From Nitrososphaerota archaeon (GTDB lineage Archaea > Thermoproteota > EX4484-205 > JAAOZP01), in contig JAAOZP010000009.1 of NCBI GenBank assembly GCA_011605725.1, positions 11,228 through 75,227 on the forward strand: a stretch of 64,000 nucleotides of DNA, given 5' to 3'. Both the position numbers and the translations under genes were made by a program. Each line of letters opens with the position of its first letter. The stretch's first letter is position 1. Shown piece by piece: positions 47,857-57,574 of the stretch. Below the pieces are notes generated by a model. It saw nothing but the letters and a program-made list of their open reading frames with translations. It had not been told where the DNA came from and searched no databases.

Positions 47857-49262
47857 TGGGATTCTTGGAAGCCATGGAGAGTATTGAGCCTTACGTTCCA
47901 CAGATAGAGGCGCCGACTAGGAAGGTAGGCTTCACTACCAGGCTGATGTGGACAGGGCTCGTCCTGGCGCTATACTTGGTTATGGGCTATATTCCTCTCT
48001 ACGGGATTGCAACCCAGGGGGCTGATCCTTGGGCGTCATACAGGATCATAATAGGGGGGCAGCAGGGTTCTCTACTCCACCTCGGCATCGGCCCTCTGGT
48101 TACAGGCAGTCTTATAGTGCAGCTTCTAGCCGGATCCGGATTAATCCGGTTCGACCCGGGTTCAGAGTATGACAGAAGGATGCTGCAGGTCGCTACTAAG
48201 CTGGTTACGCTCCTGCTAATCTTTTTCTCAGCAGGCTCAACTGTTTTCAGCGGATCCCTTGGAACACTAGGTCTTAAGGCTGAGATGATAGCTATGACGC
48301 AGCTTTCAATAGCCTCGGTTCTCCTTCTCTTCCTCGACGAGACTCTCCAGAAAGGCTGGGGCCTGGGCAGCGGGATAAGCCTATTCATCTTAGCCGGTGT
48401 TGCTAAGGAAATATGGCTGGGCTGCTTAAACCCTTTTCCAGCGCCTGACGGCTACATGTGGGGAGTACTGCTCTTCTTCCTCCAAAAGTCTTTCTCCCTT
48501 CAAAACCCTCTCTCCGACTTTTTCTACAGGCGTGCTCCAACTGTTCCCACGCTTTTTCAGCTTATTGTGACAATACTGTTCATACTCTTGCTAATCTATC
48601 TTGAAAACGTTAGGATTAACATTCCGATCTCCCACGGCCGTTTCAGAGGCTTCTCCAGAGGCTTCCCCATCAGATTGCTTTACGTTTCAAACATTCCAGT
48701 TATTCTCGCAGCCGCGATCTTCTCGAACATACAGCTGATGGCTAATGTTGCAAGCGGGACTTGGCTGGCTGAAACACCGGTTGCCGACTTCATAGGAAGG
48801 GTTAAAGTGGTTAACAACACGTATGTTCCTGTTTCAGGGCTCGCTTGGCTAGTGAATCCTCCGAGAGGCGTCACGCACGCTGCTGCGGAGCCTCTTCACG
48901 CGTTAGGCTACGTGGTGCTGCTAGCCTTCTTAAGCCTAGGCCTGTCGATGGTTTGGCTCTCCGTGTCAGGTATGGATGCCAAATCAGTTTCCTCTCAGCT
49001 GGTTGACTCAGATATTTTCCTAAGAGGCTTCAGATCCACTCCCGGGGTAATCGAGAGTAAAATAGCTCCCTACATAAACACGGTTGCACTCCTAGGCGGT
49101 TTAACAATCGGGCTTATCGCTGGCGTGGGGGATGTGCTTGCCGTCATAGGCGGGGGAATGGGTGTTCTGCTGGCGGTGGACATTATTCAACAATACTATC
49201 AGTTGATAATGGAGGAGACTATTGAAACCCATCCCGGCCTGCTTAGAATGCTTGGTAAGTAG
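47856..49262 (+). CDS. secY: Protein translocase subunit SecY
   Basis: 468-aa polytopic membrane protein immediately after rpl15. Confidence 0.9.
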   Translation: MGFLEAMESIEPYVPQIEAPTRKVGFTTRLMWTGLVLALYLVMGYIPLYGIATQGADPWASYRIIIGGQQGSLLHLGIGPLVTGSLIVQLLAGSGLIRFDPGSEYDRRMLQVATKLVTLLLIFFSAGSTVFSGSLGTLGLKAEMIAMTQLSIASVLLLFLDETLQKGWGLGSGISLFILAGVAKEIWLGCLNPFPAPDGYMWGVLLFFLQKSFSLQNPLSDFFYRRAPTVPTLFQLIVTILFILLLIYLENVRINIPISHGRFRGFSRGFPIRLLYVSNIPVILAAAIFSNIQLMANVASGTWLAETPVADFIGRVKVVNNTYVPVSGLAWLVNPPRGVTHAAAEPLHALGYVVLLAFLSLGLSMVWLSVSGMDAKSVSSQLVDSDIFLRGFRSTPGVIESKIAPYINTVALLGGLTIGLIAGVGDVLAVIGGGMGVLLAVDIIQQYYQLIMEETIETHPGLLRMLGK

Positions 49263-49363
49263 CCAGAAACATTTATTTAACATCGTTTTTCCCGATGAAT
49301 TAAGCATGGCACGTAAAGCTAGGCGTCTGTCTACGAGTGTTTTAAAACCGTTTACTGTGGAGG

Positions 49364-49822
49364 ATGATGGAATTGTCCGCTAGTGGCGTAGTAATGGTGA
49401 CGCTGGTTTCAGCAGTCGCCTCGCTCCTAGGCCACCTTGTTTTAAAGTTCTTCCTCCACCCTGAGAAAATAAGGTTGAAGACCGAGGAGTTAAAAGCATA
49501 CAGGTTGGAGCGCGCCGCTGCAGTCAAGCTTAAGGATCAGAAGCTTCTTAAAAAGCTCGATAAGCAGAAGGTCTACATGTCTCAAGTCGAGCAGGAAGTC
49601 TCATCCTTCCAGCTTAAAACAATGCTCCTGAACATGGGCATCATGTTTTCAGCATTCTACTTTCTATGGTTCACACTGCCTATGGGAGACATAGCCGGCC
49701 GTTTCTCAGCATCCCTATATGGTGGAAACGAGGAGTTACAGTTGAACTATGGCCTCTGGTACGTCATATCCCTCTCCTTCTTTCTACAGGTCTTCAGGAA
49801 AGCGTTTGAAGCAGGTGGCTGA
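49364..49822 (+). CDS. DUF106-family membrane protein (archaeal YidC/Oxa1/EMC3-like insertase candidate)
   Basis: TM, then coiled coil, then TM hairpin topology. Sits in the secY-cmk neighbourhood where DUF106 is usually encoded. Confidence 0.55.
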   Translation: MMELSASGVVMVTLVSAVASLLGHLVLKFFLHPEKIRLKTEELKAYRLERAAAVKLKDQKLLKKLDKQKVYMSQVEQEVSSFQLKTMLLNMGIMFSAFYFLWFTLPMGDIAGRFSASLYGGNEELQLNYGLWYVISLSFFLQVFRKAFEAGG

Positions 49823-49823
49823 A

Positions 49824-50387
49824 ATGGCGGGGTTAAAGAGGCCTAGAGGACCAATAATAATAGTAACAGGCTTACACGGGGTTGGCAAATCGACTTTCGC
49901 AGCACCACTCGCAAGGGAGTTCAATCTTAAGTATGTTTCAACAGGCTCTGTTTTCCGTTCAATAGCTGAGAAAAAAGGGTTGACGCTCGCCCAGCTTTCA
50001 GAGCTCTGCAAGAAATCCCCAGATTTCGACAAGGAGATTGACAGTGTTACTCTCTCCCTGCTTGACTCTGGCGGAGTTGTTCTAGACAGCCTTCTAGCAG
50101 GATGGTTCGCTAGGAACGTTGAATCCTTCAAAATATATTTGAAGGCTCCTTTCGAGGAAAGGTGTAGGAGGATTGCTGCGAGGGAGAAAAGGCCTCTGGA
50201 AGAAATAGTCTCCGAGACGATCATCAGGGAGGAGTCTGAGAGGAAAAGGTTCGTTGAATACTATGGTTTTAACATCGATGATTTAAGCATCTACGACATT
50301 ATTATTGACACGGGGAGTCTCTCACAGGAATCTGTTGATAGAATACTTAAGTTAGCCGTATCCTCCTATTTAAAGGAGAAATGGTGA
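49824..50387 (+). CDS. cmk: Cytidylate kinase (archaeal type)
   Basis: P-loop IIIVTGLHGVGKST and VSTGSVFRSIAEKKG. The ORF is open upstream to 49749, but the start is set after the DUF106 stop. Confidence 0.75.
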   Translation: MAGLKRPRGPIIIVTGLHGVGKSTFAAPLAREFNLKYVSTGSVFRSIAEKKGLTLAQLSELCKKSPDFDKEIDSVTLSLLDSGGVVLDSLLAGWFARNVESFKIYLKAPFEERCRRIAAREKRPLEEIVSETIIREESERKRFVEYYGFNIDDLSIYDIIIDTGSLSQESVDRILKLAVSSYLKEKW

Positions 50388-50394
50388 TGGGGAA

Positions 50395-50688
50395 ATGCCT
50401 AGAGAAGTGTTACGACCAGGTAGAATATGCGTGATAACCCGTGGCAGGGATAGGGGGAAGAAATGCGTCGTAGTGGGAAGCATCGATGATTCCAGAGTTC
50501 TCGTAACAGGCCCCAAGGAGTTGAACGGTGTTAAGAGGGGTAGAAAGAATATTCTACACCTTCTGCCTCTTGCTGAAAACGTCAGAATAAGGGCGAACTC
50601 TAAAGATGAGACTGTTCTGGCAGCCCTGGAGAAAAGCGGCTTGAAAGAGTTCATGAGGGAGATTATGAGGATTGAGGACGCTTGTTGA
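50395..50688 (+). CDS. rpl14e: 50S ribosomal protein L14e
   Basis: KOW-like [18 protein letters not shown]. Confidence 0.85.
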   Translation: MPREVLRPGRICVITRGRDRGKKCVVVGSIDDSRVLVTGPKELNGVKRGRKNILHLLPLAENVRIRANSKDETVLAALEKSGLKEFMREIMRIEDAC

Positions 50689-51671
50689 TTTCGTAAGGCT
50701 TCGGACGCTGGTTAAGGAGGAGTGTGAAACCGACGAGAAATACGGAGAGTACCCGGATAGGAGGAGCATTTCCAGGCTTCTGCAGCTGGGGATTGTGAAC
50801 CTGGATAAGCCTCCGGGGCCCTCGAGCCACGACGTGTCTTCAACAGTTAAAAAGATTCTTAACGTTGAGAAGGCTGGGCACGCCGGGACCCTTGAAGCAA
50901 TGGGGAGATCCCGGTGTATCCGGCGTCCTACCGGTATGTCTTAACGACGCCACTAAAACAATAGAATATCTTCACATGATGAGTAAAGAGTATGTGGGAG
51001 TATGCGAGGTCCACGGGGATTTCGAAGAGAAGGCTTTGCAAAGATGGGTTGAGAAGATGACTGGCCCCATATACCAACGTCCTCCAGTGAAATCATCCGT
51101 TAAAAGGTCGTTGCGTCGGAGAATTATTGTAAGGTTTACGGTTGAGGATGTTTCCGACAGGAGGTTCGTTTTCAGAGTTGTAACTGAACCAGGCACGTAT
51201 GTTAGGAAGCTTCTCCACGACCTTGGTCTGCTTCTAGGAACTGGTGCGCATATGGTTGAGCTTAGAAGAGTTAGAGACGGTTTTCTAGACGAGGATTCTT
51301 CAACGACCCTTCTAGAGCTGTACGCTGCTTGGCATCTCTACTCTGAGAAGGGTGATGAAACTCTTGTCAGAAGGTTTGTCAAGCCTGTTGAAGAGGCTTT
51401 CAAAGGTTTCCCTTCAGTATACATTAAGGATAGCGCGGTTGCAGCAGTTGCCCACGGAGCTCCACTCGCGTCCCGGGGTGTTTCAAAAATAGACCACCCG
51501 CTTTCCAAGGGAGACGTGGTATGCATAAAAACCCTGAAGGGGGAATGCGTGGGCTTCGGTACTCTAACCATGAGTTCAGACGAGGTTCTGCAGGCTAAGA
51601 GCGGGATAGTTGTTTCAGTAGAGAGGGTTGTGATGGATAGGAACCTCTATCCAAAGATGTGGGGAGGATAA
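50672..51671 (+). CDS. cbf5: tRNA/rRNA pseudouridine synthase Cbf5, interrupted by a 13-nt BHB-type mRNA intron
   Basis: The N-terminal ORF (50672..50944) and C-terminal ORF (50865..51671) are in different frames. Removing 50895..50907 restores ...[25 protein letters not shown]..., the TruB/Cbf5 catalytic motif. A PUA domain is at the C-terminus. Confidence 0.8.
50895..50907 (+). other. 13-nt intron in cbf5 mRNA with relaxed bulge-helix-bulge (hBH) geometry
   Basis: Outer helix CCGGGA(50883-88)/TCCCGG(50909-14). Central 4-bp helix CCCT(50889-92)/GGGG(50902-05). Both splice sites lie 2 nt beyond the central helix (tg|a and ag|a). Confidence 0.65.
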
Positions 51672-51759
51672 TAGTCTGTTAACCTACCGACTTCTATCCT
51701 CATGTTCAGTACCTTGGCTGACAAAGCTTAAAAACATGTTTCCGTGAAAAATCCTGAAT

Positions 51760-51873
51760 GCCGAGGTGCCCGAACCTGGCTAAGGGGCAAGCCTGGAGCA
51801 TGAAACAGTTAAAGCAGTTTCAGAAAGCTTGTGGCCCTCATGGGCCTTAGGGGTTCAAATCCCCTCCTCGGCG
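51760..51873 (+). tRNA. tRNA-Ser (anticodon GGA), type II, with a 27-nt intron at 37/38 (about 51799..51825)
   Basis: Acceptor GCCGAGG/CCTCGGC, 3-bp D stem, anticodon stem CAAGC/GCTTG enclosing CTGGAG + intron + A. Long variable arm TGGCCCTCATGGGCC, T arm GGGGTTCAAATCCCC, discriminator G. Confidence 0.75.
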
Positions 51874-52321
51874 TTTAAATATTTATATCATTTTTTAAAT
51901 GTGTTAAATCAAGAGTGCTTTAAATAGAGAAGCATAAGATATTTGAGGCGATGTATGAAAAGCCTGAATAATACTTCGGAGGCGGACTAACACTGTGTCA
52001 TCGCTGCCATCATCTCCAGGCCACCGGTCGGATGCTGGTTGGCAGCCGTATCCAGCAAGATTGTAAGCTACAAGTAATCTGTATGGGGAGTTTAAGATTT
52101 ATTGCTGATAACAAGGATTGCAGGTCAGCTTATCACACTTACCAGGGTGGGAAACGGAGGAGGTGGAGAGCGCTTTTAAACAGGTTTCCCCACGCCTCAT
52201 TAGGAGTAGAATGCTGTTTCAGCATCCGAGCGAGAAATCTTCAAGTTTAACCATGTTTCTCAAGGCTGTTCAGGCAATAATGTTTATAACCGGCTCCCGG
52301 GAAGCCTCATTAAGCCTGCTT

Positions 52322-52801
52322 ATGAGCAACAGGGAGTTTAAGGAGATAGTGCGGATCGCCGGCGTGGATTGCGATGGGAAGAGAATGGTATTGGACGGTC
52401 TATCACTGGTTAAAGGCATAGGCTGGTCTACTGCCAGGGCGCTATGCATAGCTCTAAACATACCGATGAACACTAGGCTTGGCTACTTGTCTGAAGAAGA
52501 GGTTTCAAGAATAGAGGCTGCGCTGAACAATCCCAGGTCTCTGAACATACCTGTTTGGATGCTTAACAGGAGAAGGGATCCTGTAACTGGTGAGGATAAG
52601 CACCTTATAACTTCTGACTTGGAGCTTACTCAGAAGATGGATATTGAGAGAATGATGAAGATTAAGTCTTGGAAGGGCGTTAGACATTCCCTCGGTTTAA
52701 AGGTTAGGGGTCAGAGGACTAGGACAACCGGTAGGACCGGTGGGCCAGTTGGTTTTTCAAAAGCCGCTGCTGCAAAACCCTCTGGAAGCGAGAAAAAGTG
52801 A
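52322..52801 (+). CDS. rps13: 30S ribosomal protein S13 (uS13)
   Basis: Start set at MSNREFKEIVRIAGVD, the family N-terminus. The ORF track extends it to 52118. Confidence 0.85.
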   Translation: MSNREFKEIVRIAGVDCDGKRMVLDGLSLVKGIGWSTARALCIALNIPMNTRLGYLSEEEVSRIEAALNNPRSLNIPVWMLNRRRDPVTGEDKHLITSDLELTQKMDIERMMKIKSWKGVRHSLGLKVRGQRTRTTGRTGGPVGFSKAAAAKPSGSEKK

Positions 52802-52807
52802 TGAGAA

Positions 52808-53299
52808 ATGGGTGATCCCCGTAAGATTAGAAGCAAAATCCTGCATCCGAAGCATCCCTGGGTCAAGGAGCGTCTGACAGAAGAGCTTGTACTCGTAGGG
52901 GAGTACGGGTTAAGAAACAAGAGAGAGCTTTGGAGAGCCGCATCCTTCCTGAGAGGCATAAGGGCTTCAGCCCGTTCCTACTTGAGCCTGACGGGTGAGG
53001 AAAGGGTTAAGAGGGAGTCGGAACTCATTTCGAGACTACACAGGCTCGGCCTAGTAAGCAGGGACGCGAAGCTTGACGATGTTCTCTCCCTGACTGTTTC
53101 AAACGTTCTTGAAAGAAGGCTTCAGACGATAGTTTACAGGAAGGGTTTTGCGAAGACTATTCACAGCGCTAGGCAAGCGATAGTTCACGGCAAGATTATG
53201 ATAGGTGATCAGGTTGTAAGGTCTCCCAGCTACTTTGTCACGAGAGACGAGGAGCCTCTTGTAAGGGTTAAGACAGTTGAGGAGAATAAGGCTGTGTAA
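52808..53299 (+). CDS. rps4: 30S ribosomal protein S4 (uS4)
   Basis: GDPRKIRSKILHPKHPW... fits uS4. Confidence 0.9.
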   Translation: MGDPRKIRSKILHPKHPWVKERLTEELVLVGEYGLRNKRELWRAASFLRGIRASARSYLSLTGEERVKRESELISRLHRLGLVSRDAKLDDVLSLTVSNVLERRLQTIVYRKGFAKTIHSARQAIVHGKIMIGDQVVRSPSYFVTRDEEPLVRVKTVEENKAV

Positions 53300-53518
53300 G
53301 CCTTTTCTACCACAGGATTAACCGCTAAAAGCGGTGAATAAAAGGTCTCCAGAATGTTAACCCGGCTGAGGAGGATGGTTTAAAGCGTATAAGGGGGCGT
53401 CACGGCCCTGAGGCGTCGAAAGCAAATCCGACTCAACCATGTCGTTCATAAAGCATTGTTTAAAGTTTTTAAACCTGGGGGGCAGGCTTTAAACTGACGA
53501 GCTCCTGTTTTCGAAAGT

Positions 53519-53914
53519 CTAGAACCTTCTGCCTCTTCTTCCTCCAGGTTTCCTCGTCCCGTCTGTTGGAATAGGCGTAACGTCTTCTATCGCGATTATC
53601 CTTAACCCGGCTCTTGTTAATGCTCTTATAGCTGCCTGAGCCCCCTGCCCAGGGGTTCTCGACTTTATGCCTCCTGGAGCCCTAACCCTCACCTTAATGC
53701 TTGTTATTCCAATCTTCTTCAAGGCTCCAGCCACAGTGTTCGCTGCCATCATGGCCCCGTATGGGCTTCCTCCTAAACGATCCGCCTTAACATGCTGGCC
53801 GGCTGTGGATACTGCAAGGGTTGACGAGCCGCTTGGATCCGTGGCATGCACTATAGTATTGTTGCTGGAGGAGTATATTCGTACGACTGCATACTTACCT
53901 TGCTCAGTGCTCAC
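53519..53914 (-). CDS. rps11: 30S ribosomal protein S11 (uS11), encoded on the opposite strand to its usual operon partners
   Basis: [23 protein letters not shown]...[19 protein letters not shown] fits uS11. A GTG start at 53914 gives 131 aa. The ORF track extends it to 54022. Confidence 0.75.
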   Translation of the reverse strand: MSTEQGKYAVVRIYSSSNNTIVHATDPSGSSTLAVSTAGQHVKADRLGGSPYGAMMAANTVAGALKKIGITSIKVRVRAPGGIKSRTPGQGAQAAIRALTRAGLRIIAIEDVTPIPTDGTRKPGGRRGRRF

Positions 53915-54028
53915 GCAGCAATCCTGCTTAAGGAGGTTAATAAGCGTTCTCCAAGCGGCTTCTTCAACAGTCCCAGCCTGTGGAAAGCTAACCCTTAAAT
54001 ACCTTCCCCGGAAAAATAGCACGTTAAC

Positions 54029-54715
54029 ATGGATGTAAAGATACTTAGGCTGAGCGACGAGTATCTAGAGGCTAGGCTGGAAGGATGCTCAGAGGCGCTT
54101 GTAAACGCGATTAGAAGAGCTATTCTTGAAGAGGTTCCTACGCTGGCGATTCACGAAGTATTCATATTTGAAAACTCCAGCCCCATGTTCGACGAGGTTC
54201 TTTCCAACAGGCTTGGCCTAATACCCTTAAGAACCCCGCCTGGGAAATACCTGCCGATGGATTCTCAGGAATGCCTGCAGGGCTCTAGTGAGAAGTGTTT
54301 CACATCGCTTAGCATAGATGTTTCCGCCGGCGACTCTCCTTTGACGGTCTACTCTAAGCATCTCGTCTGCAGAGATGAAGAGGTCTACCCTGTCTACAGC
54401 AACATTCCTATAACCAGGCTTCCCCCAGGCGGGAAGCTTAGGCTGGAGGCAATAGCTAGGCTTGGAAGGGGTAAGATGCATGCTAAATGGCAGCCAGCCT
54501 CCCTGGCTACGTACAGCTTCACAGACTCCCCGGATACGTTCATTTTCAAGCTTGAATCAACGGGTTCTCTGCCATCAATAGAGGTCTTCAGACAGGCTCT
54601 GGATATTCTGAGAGATAAGTTTAAAACGCTTCTGGATTCTCTCACGCTTCCTGAGGTTGAAGAGAAGCGTGGCGGCGAGGAGAGTGTTGCTTTCGGTGAG
54701 GAAGGCGGCAGGTGA
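54029..54715 (+). CDS. rpoD: DNA-directed RNA polymerase subunit D (Rpo3)
   Basis: 228 aa; its N-terminal region ([20 protein letters not shown]...[16 protein letters not shown]) resembles RpoD. Position upstream of rpl18e and rpl13. Confidence 0.85.
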   Translation: MDVKILRLSDEYLEARLEGCSEALVNAIRRAILEEVPTLAIHEVFIFENSSPMFDEVLSNRLGLIPLRTPPGKYLPMDSQECLQGSSEKCFTSLSIDVSAGDSPLTVYSKHLVCRDEEVYPVYSNIPITRLPPGGKLRLEAIARLGRGKMHAKWQPASLATYSFTDSPDTFIFKLESTGSLPSIEVFRQALDILRDKFKTLLDSLTLPEVEEKRGGEESVAFGEEGGR

Positions 54716-55001
54716 CTCCAGGTTCTGGAAGAGGGTTGAAAGCCTTTTATCCAGACCTAGGAGCAGGCTGGCTGAGGTTAACGTGGGTAAGATTGCACGT
54801 TTAACCCAGAAGGGCGACCGTGTAGTTGTCCCTGGGAAAGTCTTAGGTAAGGGAGAGATTAACCATAGTGTCACGATTGCTGCTCTCTCGTTCTCCTCGA
54901 CCGCGCTAAGTAAGTTGAGGTCAGCCGGATGCAAGGTTATGCGGCTGGACGAGTTCACCATGGTTGAGCAGAAGGGTTCCGGGGTGAAAATAATTGTCTG
55001 A
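54657..55001 (+). CDS. rpl18e: 50S ribosomal protein L18e
   Basis: RLAEVNVGKIARLTQKGDRVVVPGKVLGKGE fits eL18. The start overlaps the rpoD 3' end by 59 nt. Confidence 0.85.
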   Translation: MKRSVAARRVLLSVRKAAGDSRFWKRVESLLSRPRSRLAEVNVGKIARLTQKGDRVVVPGKVLGKGEINHSVTIAALSFSSTALSKLRSAGCKVMRLDEFTMVEQKGSGVKIIV

Positions 55002-55434
55002 GAAGACTCTTGTGGTTGACGCGACTGACCAGGTTCTCGGAAGAATGTGTTCAATCATAGCTAAGAGGCTTCTTGAAGGATACAGGGTGTACGTGGTTAA
55101 CGTCGAGAAAACGAGAATATCTGGAAGCAAGGACCGCTTCATCAGAGAGTATACGGGCTTCCTCGAGGTGAAGAGTGTTAGAAACCCTAAGCATACGCCT
55201 AGACATCCGAGAAACCCGGTGACCTATGTTAGGAGCGTTATAAAAGGTATGCTTCCGATGGATAAGCCAAAAGGAGTGGAAGCGTTTAGAAGGCTCCGAG
55301 TCTACTGTGGCTGGCCGAGTAGTGTTAAGGGTGAAGTCGTAAAGTTTAAGCATGCTGATGCCTCTAGGCTTGGCAGAAGCTCCTTTACTCTTTCAGATTT
55401 AAAAGGGTTTTTCAGTGTTCCGGAGGCTGATTAG
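54994..55434 (+). CDS. rpl13: 50S ribosomal protein L13 (uL13)
   Basis: VVDATDQVLGRMCSIIAKRLLEG fits uL13. Confidence 0.9.
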   Translation: MSEKTLVVDATDQVLGRMCSIIAKRLLEGYRVYVVNVEKTRISGSKDRFIREYTGFLEVKSVRNPKHTPRHPRNPVTYVRSVIKGMLPMDKPKGVEAFRRLRVYCGWPSSVKGEVVKFKHADASRLGRSSFTLSDLKGFFSVPEAD

Positions 55435-55436
55435 GT

Positions 55437-55850
55437 TTGCCGACTCCTAGAAAACTACCTCTGATTGTAACGGGTTCTGTCAAGAGCTCAGTAGCTAGAG
55501 CTGTTATCAAACAGGGTTCTGGACGCATCATTATAAACGGCTACCCTGCTGAAAACTGGCTTTACAACCCTTACAGGATGCTTGCCTTAACGCCTTTGAA
55601 ACTTCTTCCTGAACAGTTTAAAGATGTTGATGTTGAGGTTAAGGTTGAAGGCGGAGGCCATGCTTCGCAGGCCAGGGCGGTTATGCAGGCTTTAGCCAGA
55701 GGTATTACGCAGTGGACGAGGAGCTCCAGCGTAAGAAATATTTTCAGAATGTTCGACAGGCATCTTCTCTCAGGAGACCCTCGTAGAAAGGAGCCTAAGA
55801 AGTTTGGAGGACCCGGTGCGAGAAGGAGGTTTCAAAAGTCTTACAGGTAG
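55437..55850 (+). CDS. rps9: 30S ribosomal protein S9 (uS9)
   Basis: GGGHASQARAVMQALARGI ... KSYR C-terminus. Confidence 0.9.
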   Translation: MPTPRKLPLIVTGSVKSSVARAVIKQGSGRIIINGYPAENWLYNPYRMLALTPLKLLPEQFKDVDVEVKVEGGGHASQARAVMQALARGITQWTRSSSVRNIFRMFDRHLLSGDPRRKEPKKFGGPGARRRFQKSYR

Positions 55851-55861
55851 GTGATCACGTT

Positions 55862-56086
55862 TTGATGTTTCCAGTCAGATGTTTCACGTGCGGCAAGGTA
55901 ATAGGCCATTTATGGGAGGAGTATCAGAGGAGGGTAGCCTCAGGTGAAGACCCGAAGCACGTGCTCGACTCGCTCAACGTCACAAGGATCTGTTGCAGAC
56001 GAATGTTTATTTCCCACGTGGATTATATTGACGAGCTGCTTTCATACTCGCGAGGATTATCTCTGGAGGGGGACCATAGGCAATGA
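55862..56086 (+). CDS. rpoN: DNA-directed RNA polymerase subunit N (Rpo10)
   Basis: PVRCFTCGKVIG...RICCRRM zinc-binding Rpo10. Confidence 0.9.
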   Translation: MMFPVRCFTCGKVIGHLWEEYQRRVASGEDPKHVLDSLNVTRICCRRMFISHVDYIDELLSYSRGLSLEGDHRQ

Positions 56087-56721
56087 GCAGCAGTGAGAAA
56101 AGCGGGGAAGGATTATTGATTCTGAGAACAGAGTACATTGCCGCAGGCGTCCATATAGGAACCAAGGTTTGCACCGTCTGCATGAGGCGTTTCGTAAGAT
56201 TCACCAGGCCTGACGGGCTGAACCTGATCGAGATCTCCCAGACAGATGAGAAGATCAGGATTGCCGGCAAAGGGTTATCCAGATATGATCCGGGTGACGT
56301 TATAATCGTGTCCGGCAAAGAGTATGGGAGAACACCTGTTCTTAAAATGTGCGAGTACACTGGTTTTAAACCTATTGTTGAAAGGTTTCCGCCAGGGATT
56401 TTCTCCAACCCGAAGTATGAAGGCTATATTTCTCCGAAGATAATTCTTGTTTCAGATCCTAAGGTTGACGAGAAGGCTATTCGAGAAGCAACGCTTATCG
56501 GAATACCTGTGATAGGTATATGTGACACTGACGATTCCTGTTCTTACATAGACCTCATCATTCCAGCTAACAACAAGGGTCGCAGCTCCCTAGCCCTAGT
56601 CTTCTGGCTTCTCACTAGAGAAGTTCTTAGAAACAAGGGAGTGCTCTCTCCAACTGAAAGCATGAGCGAAAACTTTCATGCTTTCGAAACTCAGATGGAA
56701 GAGGCTGCGGAGACAGTCTAA
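56083..56721 (+). CDS. rps2: 30S ribosomal protein S2 (uS2)
   Basis: YIAAGVHIGTKV... fits uS2. Confidence 0.9.
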   Translation: MSSSEKSGEGLLILRTEYIAAGVHIGTKVCTVCMRRFVRFTRPDGLNLIEISQTDEKIRIAGKGLSRYDPGDVIIVSGKEYGRTPVLKMCEYTGFKPIVERFPPGIFSNPKYEGYISPKIILVSDPKVDEKAIREATLIGIPVIGICDTDDSCSYIDLIIPANNKGRSSLALVFWLLTREVLRNKGVLSPTESMSENFHAFETQMEEAAETV

Positions 56722-56722
56722 C

Positions 56723-57568
56723 ATGGTTAGGGTTAGAAAGCCAGCATACGCTGGAAGCTGGTATGAGGGCACTAAGGAAAGTCTCTTAGCGCAGCTTCAT
56801 GGTCTTTTCAAGGGTAGGCTAGGGTACGGAGGCCTCCCGGTTCTGGGGGAGTATGATCCACGGCTGCTTGGCCTGATGGTTCCGCATGCTGGCTACGTTT
56901 ACTCAGGCATGGCCGCCACATGGGCCTATGGCGAGGCTGCTAAGCATGGTCCGAGAGACATTGTGGTGGTAATGGGGCCTGACCACCATATGGCTTCCTC
57001 AGGCTTCGCTACAATGAGCGAGGGCGTGTGGCGTACTCCGCTTGGTGACGTTGAGGTTGACAGGCAGACGGTGAGCCTACTGCTCAGCTCCGCGCCATTC
57101 GTTGAGGATAGTTTTCACGCTCATGCTTTCGAACACTCTGTTGAAATACAGCTTCCGTTTCTCCAGCTTATTTACGGCAGCTCGTTCAAGCTTATCCCGA
57201 TAATAATACATGATTTCAACCTTGACAGGAACATTATGCTTGGAAAAGCGTTATACAAGGCTCTTGAAGGGAAAAAGGCTATCGTGCTTGCAAGCTCAGA
57301 TATGAGCCATTATGTTCCAGCCAGAGAGGCTGAGGAGAATGATATGAAGACTATTAGAGCGATAGAGTCGCTGGATGAAAAGCTGGTTCATTCCGTCGCC
57401 GTCAACTATGAGTCGCTCTGCGGCCTAGGTCCAGTCATAGCTCTAGTCTCATGCGTGAAAGAGATGGGGTGCTCCAGAGCCACCTTGTTAAAATATTACT
57501 CTTCAGGAGAAATTACTGCTGACTACGGTGGTGTAGTGGGATACGCCTCAGTAGCCTTCTTTAAGTGA
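56723..57568 (+). CDS. MEMO1-family protein (UPF0103)
   Basis: KPAYAGSWYEG ... MVPHAGYVYSG ... SSDMSHY motifs. The ORF track extends it to 56678. Confidence 0.8.
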   Translation: MVRVRKPAYAGSWYEGTKESLLAQLHGLFKGRLGYGGLPVLGEYDPRLLGLMVPHAGYVYSGMAATWAYGEAAKHGPRDIVVVMGPDHHMASSGFATMSEGVWRTPLGDVEVDRQTVSLLLSSAPFVEDSFHAHAFEHSVEIQLPFLQLIYGSSFKLIPIIIHDFNLDRNIMLGKALYKALEGKKAIVLASSDMSHYVPAREAEENDMKTIRAIESLDEKLVHSVAVNYESLCGLGPVIALVSCVKEMGCSRATLLKYYSSGEITADYGGVVGYASVAFFK

Positions 57569-57574
57569 ACAGGG

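Noticed and set aside
53667-54038. 123-aa plus-strand ORF in the rps11 region
   Set aside because: The opposite-strand frame gives a perfect uS11. The plus-strand translation is Pro/Leu/Ala-rich with no similarity.
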